Of a stretch of DNA of 64,000 nt, positions 59,415-64,000 are shown one piece after another (the first letter of the stretch is position 1; the number at the start of each line of letters is the position of its first letter). The stretch spans positions 6,581-70,580 of the forward strand of contig JAMCYS010000033.1 of NCBI GenBank assembly GCA_023473795.1, in the 5' to 3' direction. The notes beneath the pieces were generated by a model, which saw only the letters and a list, made by a program, of their open reading frames with translations, had not been told where the DNA came from and made no database searches. This DNA is from Chloroflexota bacterium. Lineage in GTDB: Bacteria; Chloroflexota; UBA6077; FW602-bin22; JAMCYS01. The translations under genes were made by a program, and so were the position numbers.

Positions 59415-59906
59415 CTAGGGCAGTGTCAAACCGAGATCGGCGAGGTGCCTGCGAATATGCTCCCAGTGGCTGCCCCGCCAGTAGATGCGCCCACATTGCC
59501 GGCAGAGGGCGAAATCCTGCTGGGTTTCCCAGATGTACTCCGGCACGCGTGCCTGTACGGAGTCGCGGTCGACCTCTTCCAGCCGGCCATTGCAGGCCAC
59601 GCAGCGACCGAAGGGAGCGGCGAGCGGAGTCGGCAGCAGAGGCAGGACCTGGGACAACTGACCTACCAGGCGGTCGCTTTGCACGAGGACGGCCCGCAGA
59701 CCCATGCTGCCCGCCAGTTGATGGTCACGAGTCAGCAGTAGGCGCCCTTCGGTGCGCGCCAGACGCGCCAGATCCCTGTCGTTCAACCGGGAGTCATAGA
59801 GCGTGTCGTAACCCAGCGCCCTCAGCCAGCGTGCCAGCCTGCCCAGCATGGCGTCCGCCAGCAGACGCACTTCATTGGTTGGCTCAACCCTGCTTGCCTC
59901 GGCCAT
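59415..59906 (-). CDS. Mut7-C RNase domain protein (PIN-like + Zn ribbon)
   Basis: ADAMLGRLARWLR.LGYD, LLTRD, RC..CN, C..CGRIYWRGSH. Confidence 0.9.
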   Translation of the reverse strand: MAEASRVEPTNEVRLLADAMLGRLARWLRALGYDTLYDSRLNDRDLARLARTEGRLLLTRDHQLAGSMGLRAVLVQSDRLVGQLSQVLPLLPTPLAAPFGRCVACNGRLEEVDRDSVQARVPEYIWETQQDFALCRQCGRIYWRGSHWEHIRRHLADLGLTLP

Positions 59907-60051
59907 CTTGTCCTTCACCGTCAGGCTACCACCGCGAACCCGTCGTGTCCAGCGCAACACCGGGCCGCTTGCCCCTTCCTCGCACGATACGCTATGATGC
60001 GCTGGCGACGCGAGCGAAGCGCGCAGCGAGCGACGGTCAGGAGGAGAATAC

Positions 60052-60936
60052 ATGCGCTTTGACGGCATCTACCCGCCAATTCCCACGCCGTTCAACGACG
60101 AGGGCGCTCTGGCCCTCGACAAGATGGCGGCCAATCTTGCCTGCTGGAATCGTAGCGGCATCGCCGGTTATGTCGCCCTGGGCTCCAACGGCGAGTTCGT
60201 GTTCCTTAATGAGAACGAGAAGCTCGAGATTATCGCCACCGTGCGAGAGCACGCCGCCAAGGAGAAGTTCGTCTTCGCCGGCACCGGCTGCGAGGGCACG
60301 ATCGAGACCATTCGCCTGACGAAGAAGGCGGCCGAACTGGGCGCCGACGCGGCGGTGATCATCACCCCCTGCTACTACCGGGGCAGCATGAATGCCGCTG
60401 CCCTCACCTACCACTACGAGAGCATCGCCGAGGCCTCGCCCATACCCGTCTTCCTCTATAATATGCCCGCGAACACCGGTGTGGATATGAGCGCCGACGT
60501 AGTTGTGAGGCTGGCGCAGCACCCGAACATCGTGGGCATCAAGGACTCTAGTGGCAACGTGACCAAATTGGGCGACATCATACGGCAGGTCGACCCTTCG
60601 TTCCACGTCATCGCCGGCTCGGCCAGCTTCCTCTATCCCGCTCTCTGCCTGGGTGCCGTGGGCGGGGTGCTGGCTCTGGCGAACGTGGCTCCTGACCGCT
60701 GCGTGGAGCTGTTCGAACTGGCCCGAGCCGGCCGGCACGCGGCAGCGGCCGAGCTGCAACGGCGGCTGATTCCTGCCAATCAGGCCGTGACCGCCGGCTT
60801 CGGCATCGCCGGTCTTAAGGCGGCGCTGGAGATGGTCGGCCTCTACGGCGGACCCGCCCGCGGTCCGCTGCGGCCGCTGGGCGAGGCGCAGGTGGTCCAG
60901 CTGCGCCAAATTCTGCAGACGGCAGGCATCCTCTAG
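60052..60936 (+). CDS. DapA-family aldolase (HOGA-like)
   Basis: GSNGE, LYNMP, GIKDSSG; GSNGE rather than GTTGE. Confidence 0.88.
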   Translation: MRFDGIYPPIPTPFNDEGALALDKMAANLACWNRSGIAGYVALGSNGEFVFLNENEKLEIIATVREHAAKEKFVFAGTGCEGTIETIRLTKKAAELGADAAVIITPCYYRGSMNAAALTYHYESIAEASPIPVFLYNMPANTGVDMSADVVVRLAQHPNIVGIKDSSGNVTKLGDIIRQVDPSFHVIAGSASFLYPALCLGAVGGVLALANVAPDRCVELFELARAGRHAAAAELQRRLIPANQAVTAGFGIAGLKAALEMVGLYGGPARGPLRPLGEAQVVQLRQILQTAGIL

Positions 60937-60937
60937 G

Positions 60938-61678
60938 ATGGTTGACGGGGGCCTGTCGGGAGAGGCGAGCTATCGTCGCCCGACTGGCCTCGCCGCCCTG
61001 CGCCGTTCGCTTCTCGACCTGCTGTTTCCGCCACGCTGCGTCGTCTGTCGCACCCGGGGCGACTGGCTCTGCCTTCGCTGCCGGCCCCAACTCACGTTGG
61101 TGGACCCTCCCGTGTGTCCACGCTGTGGCGCGCCGCTGGCCGGGGCGCCTTGCCCCCTCTGCGCGGTCGAACGTCCGCCGGTGGCGGGCCTCCGCTTCTC
61201 AGGCTTCCACGAGGGTGCCCTGCGCCACGCCGTGCATAGACTGAAGTTCTCCGGCGAGCGCTATCTGGCCGAACCACTGGGCACGCTATTGGCAACGTCC
61301 TGGCGGCAGGCGCCGCTGCCGGGAGAGGTTCTGGTGCCCGTACCCCTGCATCGCACGCGCGAGGCGAGCCGGGGCTACAACCAGGCGGTGCTGTTGGCCA
61401 GAGTGACCGGTCGCGAGCTCGGCCTGCCGGTGCTGGCTGGCGGCCTGGTCAGGACACGCGAGACGCCCTCGCAAACCGGCCTCGACCGCCGGGCCAGGCT
61501 CACCAACTTGCGCGGCGCCTTCCGCTGGACGGCGGGGCCCTGCCCGGAAAGACCAGTCTTGATCGACGACGTGACCACTACGGGCGCGACCCTGGCGGCC
61601 TGCGCCGAGGCCCTGCGGCAAGCGGGAGCTCGCCGCGTCTACGCCTTGGTGCTCGCCCGCGCCCACAGCGGCCGCTGA
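60938..61678 (+). CDS. comF: ComF family phosphoribosyltransferase
   Basis: Double Zn ribbon, RGYNQA, IDDVTTTGATL. Confidence 0.92.
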   Translation: MVDGGLSGEASYRRPTGLAALRRSLLDLLFPPRCVVCRTRGDWLCLRCRPQLTLVDPPVCPRCGAPLAGAPCPLCAVERPPVAGLRFSGFHEGALRHAVHRLKFSGERYLAEPLGTLLATSWRQAPLPGEVLVPVPLHRTREASRGYNQAVLLARVTGRELGLPVLAGGLVRTRETPSQTGLDRRARLTNLRGAFRWTAGPCPERPVLIDDVTTTGATLAACAEALRQAGARRVYALVLARAHSGR

Positions 61679-61712
61679 GTGACGCTCACCCGCACCTCGT
61701 CCGGCCAGACAT

Positions 61713-61728
61713 TGGCACGGTTTTTGCA
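61713..61728 (+). promoter_or_regulatory. Sigma54-type -24/-12 promoter
   Basis: TGGCACGGTTTTTGCA matches TGGCACG-N4-TTGCW exactly. Confidence 0.7.
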
Positions 61729-61763
61729 TTATATACTACTGACACCTAGAGGAGGTAAGCGAG

Positions 61764-61889
61764 ATGACAGGCGCCCTCAAAGCGTTGGCCACTTTGACCC
61801 ATTGCCGTGGCAGCCAAAGGCACGACGCCAATTGCGATAACCCCAATCCCTGGGATCTGCTGCGCTACGGAATGACGTCACCCCTGTAA
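61764..61889 (+). CDS. Unannotated 41-aa peptide
   Basis: AGAGGAGGT RBS, ATG...TAA, own promoter and terminator. Confidence 0.55.
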   Translation: MTGALKALATLTHCRGSQRHDANCDNPNPWDLLRYGMTSPL

Positions 61890-61917
61890 GCAGTGCCGTC
61901 GCCCAGAAGGATGAACT

Positions 61918-61948
61918 AGAGCGCCCACACTCGGGCGCTCTCTTATTT
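61918..61948 (+). terminator. Intrinsic terminator
   Basis: AGAGCGCCC-ACACTC-GGGCGCTCT followed by CTTATTT. Confidence 0.7.
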
Positions 61949-62066
61949 GGCGGCCGCCAGCACAACACGACGCCTCTGCTTCTCAGATTTCTATAGTCAT
62001 TACTTGCTTTTCTCTCGTGCCCGGCCATATAATCTGGCTGTCAGAGGCAACGAAAGGGGCGAAGCT

Positions 62067-62831
62067 ATGGCCGGCGAGCTGAGAGTGCGCGATCTTCGGG
62101 TGAGCGTAGAGGGGAAGCCGATTCTGCGTGGCGTGGACCTAACCGTGCGGGCGGGCGAAATTCACGCTCTGATGGGACCCAACGGCAGCGGCAAGAGCAC
62201 GTTATCGCACGCGATAGTGGGTCACCCTGGCTACAAGATCGAGAGCGGCTCGGTCAGCCTCAACGGCGAGAACCTACTCGATTTGCCAGCCGACGCCCGG
62301 GCCCGTCTGGGGCTATTCCTAGCGTTCCAGTACCCCGTTGCCATCCCCGGCGTCACGGTGGCGAACTTCCTCCGTTCCGCGCTGGCGGCACAGAGGGGTG
62401 GGGCGCCGGTGCCACCCCGGGAGTTCAAACGATTACTCGCCGAGAACCTGGACCTTCTGGGCATCCAGGAGGCCTTCGCCAGCCGCTATCTCAACGACGG
62501 TTTCTCCGGTGGCGAGAAGAAGCGCCTGGAGATCATGCAGATGGCCGTGCTCAGGCCCCGCTTCGCCATCTTGGACGAACCAGACTCGGGACTGGACATC
62601 GACGCCGTGCGCACGGTGGCAGAGGGTGTCAACGCGTTGGCCGGGCCTGAGCTCGGGGTGCTGATCATCACCCACTACCAGCGTATATTGGACTACGTGC
62701 GCCCCGACTTCGTTCACGTCCTGCTCGACGGCCGCGTCGTTCGCTCCGGCGGCCAGGAGCTGGTGCGCGAGCTGGAGGAACGCGGCTATGATTGGCTACG
62801 CGAGGAGGCAGCCAGTGGCACTGGCAGCTAG
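62067..62831 (+). CDS. sufC: Fe-S cluster assembly ATPase SufC
   Basis: MGPNGSGKST, FQYP..IPG, FSGGEKKR, DSGLDID, ITHYQR. Confidence 0.95.
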   Translation: MAGELRVRDLRVSVEGKPILRGVDLTVRAGEIHALMGPNGSGKSTLSHAIVGHPGYKIESGSVSLNGENLLDLPADARARLGLFLAFQYPVAIPGVTVANFLRSALAAQRGGAPVPPREFKRLLAENLDLLGIQEAFASRYLNDGFSGGEKKRLEIMQMAVLRPRFAILDEPDSGLDIDAVRTVAEGVNALAGPELGVLIITHYQRILDYVRPDFVHVLLDGRVVRSGGQELVRELEERGYDWLREEAASGTGS

Positions 62832-64000
62832 CGAGCACAGCGCCGAGCGGGCAGCGGGACTTGGCGCGGGCGCCGTCGAGCGTGTGGCGCGCCGGCGAAA
62901 CGAGCCCGCTTGGCTGCGCGAGCAGCGGCTGGCTGCCTGGCGCGAGTACGAGCGGTCGCCAGAGCCTCGCTGGCAGCGGGGCATCAAGGGCTGGTGGCTG
63001 ACAGACCTGAGTCGTCTCCGGCTGGAGGGCCTGCGACCGGTGCTGTTTTCGCCCTCCGTCACGGGCCTGTCGCTGCCACAGGGCACCGCGGCCGCACTTC
63101 GTCACCAGGAATCCGGCGTCGGCGTTGCCGAGGCGCGGGACTGGGCGGCCCGGGGACTCTACGTCGCCGACCTGGCCAGGGCGGTGCGCGAGCGGCCGCT
63201 GCTGGTGGGCCGCTACCTCGGCGGGCAGGCGGGGGTTGCCGGCGACAGGCTGTTGTCCCTGGCCGCCGCCTTCTGGGGCAGTGGCGTCTTTCTGTACGTG
63301 CCTGAAGGCTTGCGCGTGGATCTCCCGGTCGATGTGTCGGCGAACTTCACCACGCCCGCGGCACTGCTGGGCTGGCGCACCGTTGTGGTGGCGGAGCCGG
63401 GCAGCAGCGTCACCCTGAGCGAGGAGTTCCTGGGCGCAGAAGGAACCGGCGCCCTGCTGGGAGCGTTTAGTGAGATCTATGTGGGGGCTGGGGCGAGCGT
63501 GACCTACGCCACCCTGGCCGGTCACGGCGCGAGCAACACGGTCCTGGCCCAACACCGGGCCATCGTCAAACAGGACGGTCAACTGAATTGGTTCGCCACC
63601 AATTGGGGTGGCGCCACCGTTCGCGAGGTGAGCGAAATCCGGCTTTCAGAACCGCGAGCGCGCCTGGAGATGACCGGCGCGTTCTTCGCCGACGGTGGGC
63701 AGCAGTTCGACGGCACGGCGACTGTAGTACACGAGGCCAAGCAGAGTGCGGCGGAGATCCTGCTCAGAGGCGTCGTGAAGGATGCGGCGCGCGCCGCGTT
63801 CGCGGGCACGATCAGGGTGCCGGCCGGCGCGCAGCAGGTCGAGTCGCACCTGGCCAGCCATACCCTGACGCTCAGCGACCAGGCGCGCGTCGACGTCGTG
63901 CCTAGTTTGGAAATAGCGGCCAACGACGTGCGCGTGGGCCACGGGGCGGCTGCCGGCAAGCTCGACGAGGAACAGGTCTTCTATCTGATGTCGCGCGGCC
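62815..64000 (+). CDS. sufD: SufD/SufB family Fe-S assembly protein (partial, runs off the edge)
   Basis: GTG after GAGGAGG; EPAWLRE.RL.AW, P.LEI..NDV..GHGA..G.LDEEQ.FYLMSRG. Confidence 0.88.
   Translation, partial: MALAASEHSAERAAGLGAGAVERVARRRNEPAWLREQRLAAWREYERSPEPRWQRGIKGWWLTDLSRLRLEGLRPVLFSPSVTGLSLPQGTAAALRHQESGVGVAEARDWAARGLYVADLARAVRERPLLVGRYLGGQAGVAGDRLLSLAAAFWGSGVFLYVPEGLRVDLPVDVSANFTTPAALLGWRTVVVAEPGSSVTLSEEFLGAEGTGALLGAFSEIYVGAGASVTYATLAGHGASNTVLAQHRAIVKQDGQLNWFATNWGGATVREVSEIRLSEPRARLEMTGAFFADGGQQFDGTATVVHEAKQSAAEILLRGVVKDAARAAFAGTIRVPAGAQQVESHLASHTLTLSDQARVDVVPSLEIAANDVRVGHGAAAGKLDEEQVFYLMSRG

Noticed and set aside
61679-62060. raiA-motif RNA or hpf gene after comF
   Set aside because: No matching conserved sequence; the region is better explained by the small ORF unit

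Overview
High-GC bacterial chromosome segment, probably Chloroflexota (inferred from a GAAC-N4-GTTC SOS box, a Tat-lipoprotein solute-binding protein with a P/A/T linker, and gene content). Positions 1-14175 are the right end of a temperate prophage. It holds a leftward early/replication operon (Ros/MucR-like Zn finger, ASCH, lambda-O-like initiator with internal palindromic iterons, excisionase-like HTH, Cro), a CI-ImmA switch, and a cargo region (membrane-anchored Mrr nuclease, HNH, a leaderless TYW3-like gene, a 2-TM protein, a Zn-ribbon/TM/GOLD protein) punctuated by two copies of a 43-bp promoter-containing repeat. It ends with a LexA-box-controlled second ImmA, a tyrosine integrase and attR (3' half of tRNA-Lys(TTT)). 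Next come an island remnant (MTase stub and a Type IIG restriction-modification fusion) and host genes: a peptide ABC transporter, GT9, an operon of dead-MTase/nuclease + MrfA + MrfB + MBL hydrolase, a QueG-like Fe-S protein, a degenerate Mrp/NuoH-like membrane module, aldehyde:ferredoxin oxidoreductase with a 1360-bp tandem duplication, alkA, glycosyltransferases, cobB, pstSCAB-phoU-phoBR, a frameshifted RNaseH-SWIM gene, a KGG stress protein, ECF sigma/anti-sigma, ybeY, HD-7TM, yqeY, a frameshifted rpsU, Mut7-C, DapA-like, comF, a sigma54-type promoter driving an unannotated 41-aa peptide, and sufC-sufD. All assignments come from motif recognition by eye; no database searches were run.
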